From the human T2T-CHM13v2.0 reference genome, Homo sapiens: a DNA stretch of 64,000 nucleotides. Position 1 is the stretch's first letter. Every line of letters begins with the position of its first letter. The notes under the pieces are model-generated. The model did not search any database and was not told the origin of the DNA. It saw only the letters and a program-made list of their open reading frames with translations. Shown here piece by piece: positions 38,966 through 59,136 of the stretch. The position numbers and the translations under genes were made by a program. The stretch lies in assembly GCF_009914755.1 (NCBI RefSeq), contig NC_060946.1; one strand, 5' to 3'.

Positions 38966-41900
38966 TCAGGCTTTCACTCGGCCTTTCCTGCTGGAATGGT
39001 TCTTACCCTGCGGGCGCAGGAACCAGCGTGGCCAGCTCCCACAGCACAAAGTTTCCAGTATTTGCGAAGTATTTGCGAAGCAAGAAGTGACCGTTGCCGG
39101 GGTTTGCGGACCCAGCGAACACATGGCAAGGGGCGGGCCTGGAAGGGACCCGCCCCCCGATTCCCTGACTCCATGCCTCAGTGAACACGCGGCAAGGCAG
39201 GCCTGGAAGGCTGCATTCCCCTGGCCCCCCGATTCCCTGACCTTACGCCCATTTTCTCCCAGTGGGCACGACGGTGTTTCAGTTTCCAGGGTGTCGGCAT
39301 CAACTCCAGCCCTGGATTCCACCTCCTTTCCCCAGCATGTGTTACCGAAGCGAATGACAGAGATCCCTGCGGGGAGGCCCGGGGCGCCCTTCTCACATGC
39401 TGACCAAGGCATTGCAGGATCGGTGTTCACGCAGGCTCTGCTTCTTCCCCCGGTGATGGGTCCGGGTCTGAGAGCTGGATTCAAGTGGGGAAACTGGGGA
39501 GGGGATTGTTACTCCCCATTGGGGCTACTCCGTGAGGGCAGGGCCTGGCCTCCCAGTTCCTACTGCAGTCTGTGCCTGGCACACAGAGCCGAGGCTGGAG
39601 TGTGCAGAGGGGAGTAGATGGGGCCACTCTGGAAGGTCTCAGTGAGGGGCTCCCACTGACCCTGTGGGCACTGGGTGGAGGACAAGGGGGAGGTCTAAGC
39701 AGGGAAGCAGGCTCTGATTTGTGGTCTGGGAAGTTGGAGTGGGGAAGCTGAGGGGCAATGAGGCTCAGGCAGGGGCTGCGTGGGGGTGGTGCCTCCCAGA
39801 CCCCTTCAAATGGGACCAGCTATGTCATATGTGGGGCCAGGTGCAAAACTGAAATTGCAGACCCCAGCTAGGGGTGGGGAGGTGAATCTCCCTTCCCATG
39901 GGCCGGCCACCCCAACCCACAGGTGGCCCCGAGGCGTCACACTCAACCTTAGAATTGGGAGTGGGCAAGAGGCCCCCACTCAGCCACCTGCTGAGCACAG
40001 CCTGGCACTGCCAGTCAGGCAGGGATGGCTGCTGCCTTCCTCATTACCTCCCGGACACTCCTGGGCACATACCTAACCCCAGTCCTCCTGGTGCAGGCCC
40101 CGGCTCTGGCTCCTGAGGGGCAGAAAGCAACAGTGGAAGGCAGGCCTCCCCCGCTGATGTGGTTCGTCCCCAGCCTGGGTGACATGCACCAGGGGTCATG
40201 GGACAAAGGTGGGGAGGGGAGCCCGGTGGCACTGGGGCACCAGTGGCAGGAAGTGCATGGCAAAGAACCTGACCCAGGAAGGCAGGAAGGGGCAGGAGTG
40301 CAGTGGAGGGTGGGACAGCTCAGGAGTCAAGGTGCCATGCTCCATTGTTTCATCAGACTTCACTTACAAAACATCTGTTGAAGATATAATTAAGAATAAG
40401 GAGACCACAGCAAAGCCTTAACCCCAAGTGCAGGCTCCTTCTGTGCGCTCGGCCCCTGGCAGCTGCCCTGGTTGCACGCCTGAGAAGCTGGCCCTGTCTG
40501 CAAGTCTGATGTTGGGCAAGGCCTTCAGCCCCTGTTGCAGCCACAGCGCCCTCCTGAGGCATGGGCAGGGGGTGCCGGCCAGCCTGGGAAGGAGCTGGGA
40601 TAGACACCTGGGCTCGTCCTTCACACCTCCACGGAGATGTCTTCACCGTCTGAGCCGAGAACACCTGCCCAGAGTCTTGCTTTGGGAAGATATATTTGCA
40701 TATCTGAAGTACCAGCTATAATAGAAAAGCCGCCGTGGAAACGTCTTCTTGGGGTGCCCCCGATCGCAATAACAGTCTGGGTGCACCATGACAGCTTTCG
40801 CTATGCACACAGTCACTTGGAAAGGTAAGCATATTTGAAAAGCGGGGTGGGCGGAGATAAGACGTATTTCCCAGCCTTTCAAACGCCCTTCATTCGTGCT
40901 TGCCGTCAGCTTCTGCCCTTCTCCTGCCTGGTCAGAAACGGTTCAGATGGGGATGGGACCCTCAGGGAGCGGGGTGTCAGGGGGTGCTTCTGGCCTCCTG
41001 GGAGAGGCCTGCAAGCAAGGACAGGGACCTTCCTTCCTGGCCCTGCGGCTCCTCCTGGAAGGTGAGAGAAGCTGGTGGGACCTGCCCACTCACTGTGGCC
41101 AGGCTGCTTCCAGCCACGGTGGGGGTTCGTGGTTATCGTGCCTCCGTTGAGAACCCCCTCTTCACATATGGCCTGGACATATGGTCCTCCATGCAGCCTC
41201 TGGAAAGAGGCAATCACCACTCCACTCTGCGGGGGTGGACAGTGTGGATCAGTGGCTTTGCCAAGGTCACAAAGGTGGATGGTTAATCCTGAGTTGGAGC
41301 CCAAGCTTTCGTCATTTGACAATCACTCCACATGGATGGTGTGCCCTGCTTTCAGGCTCTATTCCAGGCAGGGGGCTACTGCTGGAGTTTATACTTCCTG
41401 GGGAGAAAGACAATAAAGCCAGGGCCAAGCCATCTCAGAGCTGCCAAGTGAGGGTTCCGAGGCCAACAAAACAGTCACAGGGTATGGGGTGACCACGGAA
41501 GGGGACCAGGTCACATCAGGCTTCCCGAGGAGGACTCCAAGATGATAAGAGGGCGCCAGCCATGTTCAGAGCTGAGGATAGAGAGAACGTGCCAGGCAGA
41601 GGGGCTGGCAGGTGCCAAGGCCCTGGGGCAGGAGCAGGCTGAGCCTCTCCAAGGAATATAACAGAGCCCAGCATGGTAGAGTCAGACAGAGTGAGGGAGG
41701 GTGAGTGAGGTCCACAGGGGCAGGGATGCTCCCTAGGCTGGGTCCTGGGGACAGACAGGCAAATGGCCCAAGTTCCCTGCCCTTAAGGGAGGCCTGTTAT
41801 CCAGTGCCACAGTAACTGTGTGACAGCCCCGTCTCCGTGGCACACAATGTGTTTAGGGCTCCCACATCTGGGGTCCGCGGGGTCAGTGAGGTGCTCTGCT

Positions 41901-42057
41901 GAGCCTGGCTGGCTGTTGCCTGACACAGGATGAATCAGTCAGGGTGACTGGGTGACTGGACTATGTCCCACTTCTCTCTCGCCCTTCGCGGACCTGCCTG
42001 GGTGTGCTTTCATGAATGACAAAGGGGCAAACCCAACGGTAAGTCGAGTCAGGCACT

Positions 42058-42376
42058 TGTTTTTTTTGGTTTTTGTTTGTTTGTTTGTTTTGTTTTTTTG
42101 AGACAGAGTCTCACTTATCTCTCAAGCTGGAGTGCGGTGGTGAGATCTTGGCTCACTGCAACCCCCGCCCCCTGGGGTCAAGCGATTCTCTTGCCTCAGC
42201 CTCCCGAGTAGCTACTATTACAGGCAAGCACCACAATGCCCAGCTAATTTTTGTATTTTTAGTAGAGACAGGGTTTTGCCATGTTGGCCAGGCTGGTCTG
42301 GAACTCCTGACCTCAAGTGATCCACCCACCGTGGCCTCCCAAAGTGCTGGGATTACAGGCGTGAACCACCGCGCCC
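42058..42376 (-). mobile_element. AluS
   Basis: Antisense dimeric Alu with (TTTG)n tail. Confidence 0.94.
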
Positions 42377-42410
42377 TTTTTTTTTTTCTTTAAAAACAAT
42401 CTTTGTATTT

Positions 42411-49889
<7,479 letters not shown>

Positions 49890-49890
<1 letters not shown>

Positions 49891-49960
49891 AGGGCCCAGC
49901 AAACTTGCTCTGTGGAGGATCAGATAGTAAATATTTTAGGCTTTGAGGTCCACATACATG
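49890..49960 (+). mobile_element. MER58-like hAT-Charlie DNA transposon 5' fragment
   Basis: cagggcccagcaaact ... cagatagtaaatattttaggctttg resembles the MER58 terminus as I remember it. Confidence 0.6.
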
Positions 49961-51249
49961 CAGTCGGTTGCATTTCTTGTTCTTTTCTTCCTTCCTCTTT
50001 CTCCTCCTCCTTCTTCAACCCTTAAAAATGATGGACCCTCAAGGCTGCTGAACAGGTTCAGACTAATTGTACTGACTCAGCCTCAGGAAGTCAGGAAAGC
50101 TTCGTGGAAGAGGTGGCTTTGAGAGTTTCGAAGGAATACCCGGCATTTCCTGAGGAGTAGGTGGAAGAAACTGCTGGTGCCAAGTGCAAAGATATGTAAG
50201 AACAAGCATGGGGAAGCTGAAGTCCAGCACACAGGATGGGATCTGGGCACCCAGGTCGGGCCTCCAATGCTGAGGCAGGGCACATGGGCAGGGCATCCAT
50301 CTGCCCCTCACCACTAAGCATGCAACCCTCCATCATGGTGGGGATTTTAATAGGTTACTTTGCAAATTTGGGGACACACTTTCAATTTCTGGGGTTGGAA
50401 TAACAGCCGGCAGATGCCAAGCCTTCTTTCCAGAGCTCATTGAAAGCTCAGTGTCACCTGATTTGTTTTTACAGGGGAGACTGCATTTTAAAACTGTTAT
50501 GTCAGAGTGTGGTGCCAGCAGTGCTGGTGGGACATGCATGGGAAGATCCAGAACTTGTTTTGCCAGAAGCTGGGAGATGTGGCCAAGAGAATGTGGGTCT
50601 GACCCCACAGCCACCTCCTAGTGCTATGGGGAGTCCAGCACTCACAGACTCCATCCACAGAGAAGCCCCCAACACCAGAGTTGCTCCCCAACTTGCCAGC
50701 ACTCCCTGCAGAACCTGGTCAGCTTTCCTTCTGGGAAAGGGACCCAGAGGCTGTGCCCTGCCAGCATTAAAGCACCTGCTGTGTGCCAGGCTGGGGGCGC
50801 AGGTCAGTGTTCTCACCCTATGGGTGGAGTCTGGGCCCAGCAGTGGGTGCAGAAGGGAGTGACTCTCTCTGCCAAGCGGTGACAGCATCGAACGGGGAGC
50901 TCAGCCTCTGCCCAGGGGTTACAGGAGGATTGGAGCTGGGCCTCAGAGGAAGAGTACGCGGGCTGTGCAGATGAGAACAGAAGTAGTCCCAGAAGGAGGA
51001 GCCAGCAGGAGCCAGGGCTTGGAGGCAGGGATGTGGGCACAGGGCTGAGTGAGTCCTGGTGCTGCCTGCAGGGGAGCCTGCCCGCCCACCTTCAGGGCCT
51101 CTGACACTGGCTTGGGCTGTTACTCACTGTCTGGGCCAAATCCTGCAAGCTGTGAGACTCTGGAAAACTTCCGGTACCTCAGTTTCCTCATCTGTCAAAT
51201 GGGGATGCTCACAGGAGTCTAAATGATGATGTGTGTGAAGCGCTGGGTT

Positions 51250-51620
51250 TGAGTCCCACACACCTGTGCTTACTGGGTGCTGGCACTGCCCTGTCCCAGC
51301 CTGAGCCCCGCACACCTGTGCTCACTGGGCGCTGATACTGCCCTGTCCCAGCCTGAGCCCCACACACCTGTGCTCACTGGGCGCTGATACTGTCCTGTAC
51401 CATCCTGAGTCCTGCACACCTGTGCTCACTGGGTGCTGATACTGCCCTGTCCCAGCCTGAGTCCCGCACACCTGTGCTCACTGGCTGCTGATACTGCCCT
51501 GTCCCGGCCTGAGTCCCGCACACCTGTGCTCACTGACTGCTGGCACTGGCCTGTCCTCAGCCTGAGTCTGGCATGCCTGTGTTCACTGGGAGCTGACACT
51601 GCCCTGCCTCTGGCCGGAGT
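51250..51620. repeat. 52-bp GC-rich minisatellite, about 7 copies
   Basis: CACCTGTG recurs at 51261, 51313, 51365, 51417, 51469 and 51521 (period 52), with a degenerate seventh copy. Confidence 0.95.
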
Positions 51621-52732
51621 CTCAGGCTGGTGCCCCTGGCCCTCACAGGCCTTCCTTATTCTGGGCTGAAGCCTCTCTCATGGGAACATCTGCTGCCCAC
51701 AGGCCCAGGTCCCACAACAAAGGTGACACAAGTGTGGTCCCACCATTTCTACAGATGAGGACGCTGAAGGGATGGGACCTGGTACAAAGTCACATGGAGG
51801 AGCAGCTGGGGTCCAGGGCGTCTCTGTCCCGTAATCACTGCATGGCCCTGTTGATGTGCCTACTCAGGGTCCCCTTCCCCTTCCCTGAACTTGGGGCTGC
51901 CTGAGCACCCCGTTCCCCCTGCAGCGGTCCAGCCTGAAATGAGGAGGAAACTAAGGACAGATGGAAACAAAGGTGACCCCAGGAAACATTTTCCAGGAAA
52001 TAGAAGGCCTGCGCGGGCTGGGCGGGAGCCTGTCCTCCCAATCACACCCATCCAATGCGCGGCTCTGCCACTCAGGGAGAGATCTGCTCACCTCAGGGTG
52101 TGGCCTCATTTGGACCCTGTGCAGGGGCAGGGAAGGGCGTTTTGGTGGGCAAGGCCTGGGGCCCAGGTGGAGGGGAGGTGCTCCCCCCACACCCCATATC
52201 CTGCCTGCTGCTCCCCAGTTCCTTGGAGAACCTTCCAGAAGGTGGCAAACGCTGCCTGAGTCTCTCAGCTGAGTCACAGTCCATGAAAGCGGAGTGACGA
52301 TTTTCAAACTTCTCTTGTCAAACCTGTCAGTTCCAAGGAAGGGCCCTCTCAGAACTGTCCCTGGTGGGGGTTACGGCCAGTGGCCACTAGGCTTGGGTTC
52401 AGGAAGGCGGAGGGAGGCCCAAAGCTCCAGGGGGTCTCACTCAGGCGTGAGTTGCTCTTCATGGAGTCAGGCTGGCTGGCATCCCTGAGCAAGACAGCGA
52501 TGGGGCGGTCAGTGCCTGTGCCTCTAGGAGCAGAGACATGGCCACCCTGACTGCAGCAGGGGGCTCAGATGTCCTCTGATCCAGGACCCAGGAAGCTGGG
52601 GGGTCAAAGGAGGCAGCAGTCCTTGGGTAATGGGGTGCAGGGCCCCAACTGCTCTGGACTGGAGGAGACACCTGGCAGGGGCCATGAACAAAACCTCCGG
52701 AAAGTCCAAGCTTTTAAGAATGTTAGCGCAGA

Positions 52733-53005
52733 GGCTCATGCCTGCAATCCCAGCACTTTGGAAGGCTGAGGTGGGTGGGTCACCTGAGGTCAGGAGTTCG
52801 AGACCAGCCTGGCCAACATGGCGAAACCCTGTCTCTATTAAAAATACAAAAATTAGCCGGGTGTGGTGGGTGCCTGTAATCCCGGCTACTCGGGAGGCTG
52901 AGGCAGGAGAATTGCTTGAACCCAGGGGGCGGAGGTTGCAGTGAGCCGATAGCGCCACTTCACTCCAGCCTGGGCAAAAGAGCCAAACTCCGTGTAAAAA
53001 AAAAA
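52733..53005 (+). mobile_element. AluS, slightly 5'-truncated, just downstream of the EFCAB6 3' end
   Basis: Dimeric Alu; flanks share aa..gttagc. Confidence 0.93.
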
Positions 53006-53241
53006 GTTAGCATTAGTAATTATTTTATAGTGTCAAGAATCATTCTTGCAAAGATTATTTGTTCAGACTAACAAGTGAGGGTGCCCAAGACATAGTGGTA
53101 GCACCTGGCACCTGGAGAGCAAGCATCCTATGCCAGAACCCAGGGCAGCTGTGCCTACCCCCGACCCAGAGACAGGCGGGCTGGGCTTGGGCTTGAGTTT
53201 TGTTTTTTTTGAAAATTCATGAAACCCCCAAATTATAGGAT

Positions 53242-53247
53242 TTTATT
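53242..53247 (-). terminator. EFCAB6 polyadenylation signal AATAAA, implying a very short 3' UTR (under 100 nt)
   Basis: TTTATT on the + strand, 55 nt downstream of the stop codon. Confidence 0.85.
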
Positions 53248-53301
53248 AGCCTTGAAACAGGCCCTGTGGCTGTCGTCCCGCTGGGCACACAGCAGGGGTG
53301 T

Positions 53302-53424
53302 CTACTGGAGGAATGCCCGGAGGAAGTCGTTGTAGGAGATTTTTGAAGACAGCGTCTTATCGTAATACTCCAGAATATGGAAGAACTCTTCCTCAGAGAG
53401 GTTGATGCTGTACTGTCTCAGGAC
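53302..53424 (-). CDS. EFCAB6: EFCAB6 terminal coding exon, 123 bp: VLRQYSINLSEEEFFHILEYYDKTLSSKISYNDFLRAFLQ*
   Basis: Acceptor tttctctgtcttccAG; 40 codons + TAG (cta at 53302-53304). Too short to appear in the ORF track. Confidence 0.95.
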   Translation of the reverse strand, partial: VLRQYSINLSEEEFFHILEYYDKTLSSKISYNDFLRAFLQ

Positions 53425-55263
53425 CTGGAAGACAGAGAAAAGGGGCCTCTGAGGCTTGTTTGGTGCCCTAGGTTAAGGAGGCAGGCTGCCAGGAAGGGGC
53501 TGGGGGACACATCCACCTGATCCCCAACCCCACTTCCGATGTCAGCCTCCCATCTGTGCGCTCTCTCTATGCCCTCTCAACCTCTGCCCAAACAGGAAGC
53601 AGCCTCCAAGGGCAGCCCTGTGTGCATCTGGGTGTGAAACTGGAGCAGACAGGAGGTTGATCACCTTTGCCTCCCTGAGGGGCTGAAGGCTGGTCAACGT
53701 ATTCAGACAAGGCTGATGATCAGAGAGGTGGGGGCTCAAGGGGAGACCTGGCCATGCAGCCCTAACTTGGGGCAGAGCCTCAGGGTGCGCCCAGGCAGGG
53801 GAGGGCAGGGCCAGTGGGTGCTGAGTGCAGAGAGTTGCTGTGATAAGACCGTAACAGAGCCTGGAGCAGAGCCTGCTGGTGGTAAACCCAATACTGACTG
53901 CCCCTTCCTCTTCAGTTATAGAACCTGACTCTCTCCCAGCTCCTCTGTATCCAGCTAACCGGGAACATGTCTCAGCCTCTCTTGCAGCTAGGTATGTTCT
54001 GGCCTGAGAAGCTAAGTAAGAATGTTATGTAGAACATCCAGGAAGCCTCCTTTAAAGGAGAGGGGCATGCCCTTTTCTCTCCTGTTTTTCCACCTGCTGC
54101 CTGGAATATGGCTGTGATGCTGGGGCTCCAGCAGCCACCTTGGATCATGAGGTGGCCTAGAGGAAGGAAGCCAGGAGTTGAGAACAGCAGAGCAAAAATG
54201 TGGTCCCTGATGATTGTCCAGCCACCACACCAGCTCTGACCTTCCTACCTCTGGACTTCTTTTATGTGGGAGTGAAATAAACTTTCACCTTAAGCTGCTA
54301 TTTTCCCCGCCCCATTATGTGAAGCTGAAACAAATCCTGACAGACCCTCATAGTATATAAAGATGAGGCCATACATTTCCTATCCACATTTGCGTTATAA
54401 CTTGTTTCTAGGAGGAGACTGGAAAGCAGGGCTAGATGGCCCAGAGGTCCTATGGGGCTGAGGTCAGCAGGCCTGGCCATTGGGCCCCATGGGATGAAGG
54501 CAGAAAAGGAAGCTGAGCCTGGTGTCTGAGACGGCCCCTCAATTACGCCATCTGATCTGTGACTCTGTGGAGGGCAAGGTTTCTTTTGCCACCTTCCCAG
54601 CACCACGCCCGAATTCCTGGGAAGTTGCCGGAAGGGAATAACAGAACCTGCCCTACTTCCTTCCTTTCTTTGCATGAGGGATAGGGAGAATCCCTGACTG
54701 AGATTTATACTTAACCCCGAAGGAAAGAGGAACGTGAATGTGGATTGGAAAACCACTGCGGGGTGTTTGTTAGGCTCTGGGGGTGGGACATGGAGGGCAC
54801 CCAGGGACATCAGGGCAGATGCCCAATGGTGGAGCCCCGCTGTGTACTGCAGGGGCAGGGCTCACTTTGCAGGCCCCTTGGAAGGTCCAACATAGGTCAG
54901 AGATGCTCTTCAGAGCCTGCAGGAGAGCCCAGGTGTGGGGAGAGGGCTCGGAGCAGCAGCAGCAGTGATGGCAGTGCCTTAAGGAACCTGGGCTCAGGCA
55001 CTGACCCTGAGGAGCTGGCGATGCAGGTATGGGGCATCCACGCAGGGCTCCAGCAACCTTTGGGAAGGAGAACCCGGGGTCTGAAGGTGAGGCGAGTGGA
55101 CCCAGGACTGGATAACTTGGGGGTCCCAGGGAAGTGAGATCTGAAGCAGCCAGGTCACACCGGGCCTTCGGCAGCAGGTAGAGGGCTCCCCGTGGGAAGT
55201 TTCTGGCCGCTGGCATTTGGCAGCTGCTCCCTGCAGAGGCACTGGGCGCAGAGCTGTGCTCAC

Positions 55264-55413
55264 CGTCCTGAAATCTGCGACGCTTAGCAGCCCTGTTCCA
55301 GCCTCATCATAGCTTTTGAACGTGCGCCGCATTGGCCTCCAGCAGTGCACAATTTTGGGCTGAATACGCAGCAGAGCAGAGTAAAAAGATGGCGTCTCCG
55401 CGCCGGCTTCTTT
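55264..55413 (-). CDS. EFCAB6: EFCAB6 penultimate coding exon, 150 bp: KEAGAETPSFYSALLRIQPKIVHCWRPMRRTFKSYDEAGTGLLSVADFRT
   Basis: Acceptor tcttgtgtctAG; donor GTGAGC; phase 0-0; EF-hand-like loop DEAGTGLLSVAD. Confidence 0.95.
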
Positions 55414-58400
55414 CTAGACACAAGACAAGAAGGGGTGAGGAGGGAGCTTTTGAACACGAGGGTTGGGGTGGGCTCCTCCTCGCCTCGCCCCCGCCTCGCC
55501 CAGCCCTGCTCCGGCTTCACCTCCCAACCTGCTCCGCTGGCTCTGAATCGAGGAGGGAGCCTGCCAGAACTCGTCACAAAGATGCGCACCCGCCCCCTGA
55601 CCATTGTGTGGGCTGTTTAAAAACGTGTATTACATCAGCCATCTCATTTACACCTCCCCACTGGCAACCCGGAAAGAAGGCAGGTCTCTATCCCCACTTC
55701 ACAGATTAGGAAGTGGAGACTCGGGGAGGTAAAGTGACTTGGGCTTTGACCCCAACACACTTCAGGCCACACCACCTCCCAGGGAATGCAACGAGATGGC
55801 CGGGCAGATATGGGCCAATTTGAAAATAGTTTGAGGAAAAAAAGAGATTTCAGTCTGTGTTTTCTAGTAAGTTATTATAATGAACAGTGTTAAAAAAAAT
55901 TCACAAGGTTGTAATTATATCTAGTAATTAGAACACTACACTGTGATTACTTCATTTAGGTGCTATTAGATTGAAAACAAGACATTTGAACATGATTTAG
56001 CCCCAATGTGTTTGAATATCACAAAGGTGAACGGTAGGCAACAATGCGTAACACATCTTGGGAAAGTTGAATTTTAACATAACACTATGTAAGACAGATG
56101 AGCACAGGGTTAAGCTGCTTTCATTTTTTTTTTACATCATTTGGCACGTATGATGTGTGCTCCCCAGGTACCCAAGACTTCATGAGCTGCCAATTTGCCC
56201 AATCAGCTGATCCACAGGTGGGGAAGAGAGGGTGTGGGGCTCACATGACCTCCCACACCACACATCACAGGGCAGGACCACCAGCCCGGCCAGAGCCCCC
56301 ACCTCTGACCCACCTTGCAGGGAGGGGCGGCACCCAAGCTGCCTTCCCCCGAGGACATCTTTCTGCTGCCTAATGGGGTGGAGAAAGCTCCCAAATCACC
56401 AGAAAATGAAGTCCCCTTTTTAGCTCCTCTGCAGGGAGACATTTGACCTGACCTCCACACTTACATGGTGGTGGCCTTGGCAGCTGCCAGATGGGACAAG
56501 GGCTGTGACCAGGACCATGTCAGGAGCCTACTCTCTCCTGAAAAGCCTTCAATCTCAATCCACTCCGGTCTGGTGCAGGGATTTGAGGAGTGGGGGCGGG
56601 AGAACTCTTCGGAACCACAGAGTGGTGCCTTGGGAGGGGCGGGGGGAGAGTGCCACAGTCTCTGTGGGCTGACCCGCAGCACCTAGCATGACCCCACTCT
56701 GACCCCAGCTTTGCGGGGTTGCTGAGGACGGACAGTGCAGCTGGAAGCTGGGAACTGGGGTGGCCCCTTTCACTGGGGAGGGCTCAGAAGGCGGCACTGG
56801 TGTGCTCTTCCGCAGAAGCCCGTGCACGTCCTAGCAAGGTCTTAGAGCCTCCACAGATCTCCAGAAGGAGAAACTGAGGCCCAGGGAGGCGGAGGAAGGA
56901 TGGAATTGATGGCGGCCTTGCTGCCACGTGTCTCCATGTTCTCCACGTTCGTGGCTCCCGTGAAGATGGAATGGGGACAGTCTTTTCTCTGTGCACAGAA
57001 GAACTGAGCTGGCAGAACTGTCTAAAGTCTTTTTTTTTTTTTTTATTGTAAACTTGGTCTAAGCTTTTGATACTAGCTCCTGTTTGTCTAAACTAGAAGC
57101 TAGGCTAAGATGGAACCTGATTTTGCACAAAATTGCAAAACTAGCTGTGAAGAAACTTTCTGCATGGCATCTACTTAACTGTGGCTGGCTTAACCCACTC
57201 TCCATTCCCTAGAGTCTCACCACTGTGGCCCAGGCAGGTGTGGCCCTTGGGTGGGGTGAGTGGGAGCGGGGCCAGGTGGGGGGTGGGGCCAGGGCCAGGG
57301 CTTTCAGCCCGACACTTCTGGTCCCTCCATCTGAGTCATAAGGTGGTCGGAATCAGCTGTGTTTGTTCCCCAAATCGACAGCACCAGATGTACTTGTACT
57401 TGTTATTTAATTCAGCGTAACTCAATTCAACGTTAATTCAGTACTAAAAACATTTTTTGGCTTCATGTTTTGGAAGGGCTGGAGCTGACGCCATGATGGC
57501 ACTGGGTGTGGGTTTCAATTGTGGAACTGTAAGTGGCTGAGAACCAAAGGTAAAAATCTGGAAGAACTGTGTACCCTCCAGCTGCCCTTTAAGTGGCTTT
57601 AGGTTTTCATTCCTCTTCAAAGAAACAGAGAAAACTGTAGACAATGCATGGTGGGTGTAGTTTCCGCCAAAAATGATGACGAGAGACTCCATCCACCACA
57701 CACACTCAGAGGAAAGGGCCTGGCCCCATCTCAAATGGCTGGTGGATGAAGACCCTTTTAGTTCCAATGTTGACCAGTGCTGTGACCCACCCCACCCCTC
57801 ACTTTGCCTTTTGGGTCACCTGAGCAGGCACTGCCTCCAGGGCACTGTATGACACCTTGGTCACACAGACGCCTGGGAAGAGCCACCATAACCAGGTGTC
57901 TGCCACCTGAACAGTTGGAAAACCTGGGATCAAGGCTACTGGTTCCCATTCTGGGGTCTCCAGACCCTTATAGGGTTCTAAAAGGAGAGGAAGAAAATCT
58001 TAAATTACTTTCAAGAAAATACATTTCTGAGCTGTTTTCAATATCCCCAAAGCCTAGTAGAGGCCTTGTCTTTACCGCAGCCCTTGCCTCCCAGGTGCGA
58101 GCCCCCAGCACACAGGCTGTGGGCTTTTTGCCCCCTTCGACAGACCCTGGCGTCTCATGCTGACCTGACAACTGCCTGGCCCTCTTGAAGTAACGGAGCA
58201 AATGGGGTGGCTAAGTATTGCTCACGTTATCACATGCGTATAGAGATCATCTGAGTAGGGTCTATGGGGCAGGTGGCAGCAAGGCCGGGGACATTTCACA
58301 GATGAGTCCTGGCTGGAAGCAGGACTGGGCTGGGCTGGGCTCTGGCCTCCTGGAGCCTCTGAGTCCACCTTTTCTGTGAAGCTAGGTGATCCGCAAGTGC

Positions 58401-58419
58401 GACAAATTAACAAAAACAA

Positions 58420-59083
58420 GGCTGGGTGCGGTGGCTCATGCCTGTAATCACAGAACTTTGGGAAGCTGAGGTGGGTGGATTGCTTGAGCCCAGGAGTTCA
58501 AGACCAGCCTGGGCAACATGGCAAAACTCTGTGCTATGGTTTGACTCTGTGTCTCCACCCAAATCTCTTCTCAAATTGTAATCACCAGTTGTCAAGGGAG
58601 GGACCTGGTGGGAGGTGATTGGATCATGGGGGAGGTTCCCCCTTGCTGTTCTTGTGAGAGTGAGTGAGTTCTCATGAGAGCTGATGATTTTAAAAGTATT
58701 TGGCAGTTCCCACTTCACTCTCTCTCTCACCTGGCACCATGTAAGACGTGCTTGCCTCCCCCTTCACCTTCTGCCATGATTGTAAGTTTCCTGAGGCCTC
58801 CCCAGCCATGTGGAACTGTGAGTCAATTGAACCTCTTTCTTTTATAAATTACCCAGTCTCAGGTAGTATCTTTATAGCAGTGTGAAAATGGACTAATACA
58901 TCCCATCTCCACAAAAATACAAAAATTAGCTGGATATGGCAGCTTGTGCCTGTGGTCCTAGTTAGTTGGGATGCTGAAGCAGGAGGACCACCTAAGCTGG
59001 GAGTTTGAGGCTGCAGTGAACCGTGAACCACTGTTCTCCAGTCTGGGCAATAGAGTAAGACCCTGTCTTGAAAAAAATAAAAA
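58420..59083 (+). mobile_element. AluJ split by a THE1/MST-type solo LTR (58532-58900)
   Basis: Alu left arm to ...ggcaaaactctg, then tgctatggtttg ... ggactaataca (369 bp, TG...CA), then the Alu resumes tcccatctccacaaaaatacaaaaattagc. Confidence 0.92.
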
Positions 59084-59136
59084 TGAAAGCGCCCCTTTCC
59101 ACCTGGCCCCACATTTCCTGCAGGTGGGCAACATAC

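Noticed and set aside
51250-51620. CRISPR-like regularly spaced repeats
   Set aside because: The whole 52-bp unit repeats with no unique spacers, there are no cas genes, and the context is mammalian; it is a minisatellite.
56715-56742. REST/RE1-like half sites (gttgctga ... ggacagtgc)
   Set aside because: Left half is inverted and both halves are mismatched; too weak to call.
57070-57145. Short imperfect hairpins (ctagctc ... aagctag; ttttgca ... tgcaaaa) as a possible small RNA gene
   Set aside because: Stems are short and bulged, with no tRNA, snoRNA or miRNA hallmarks; likely chance or a DNA-transposon remnant.
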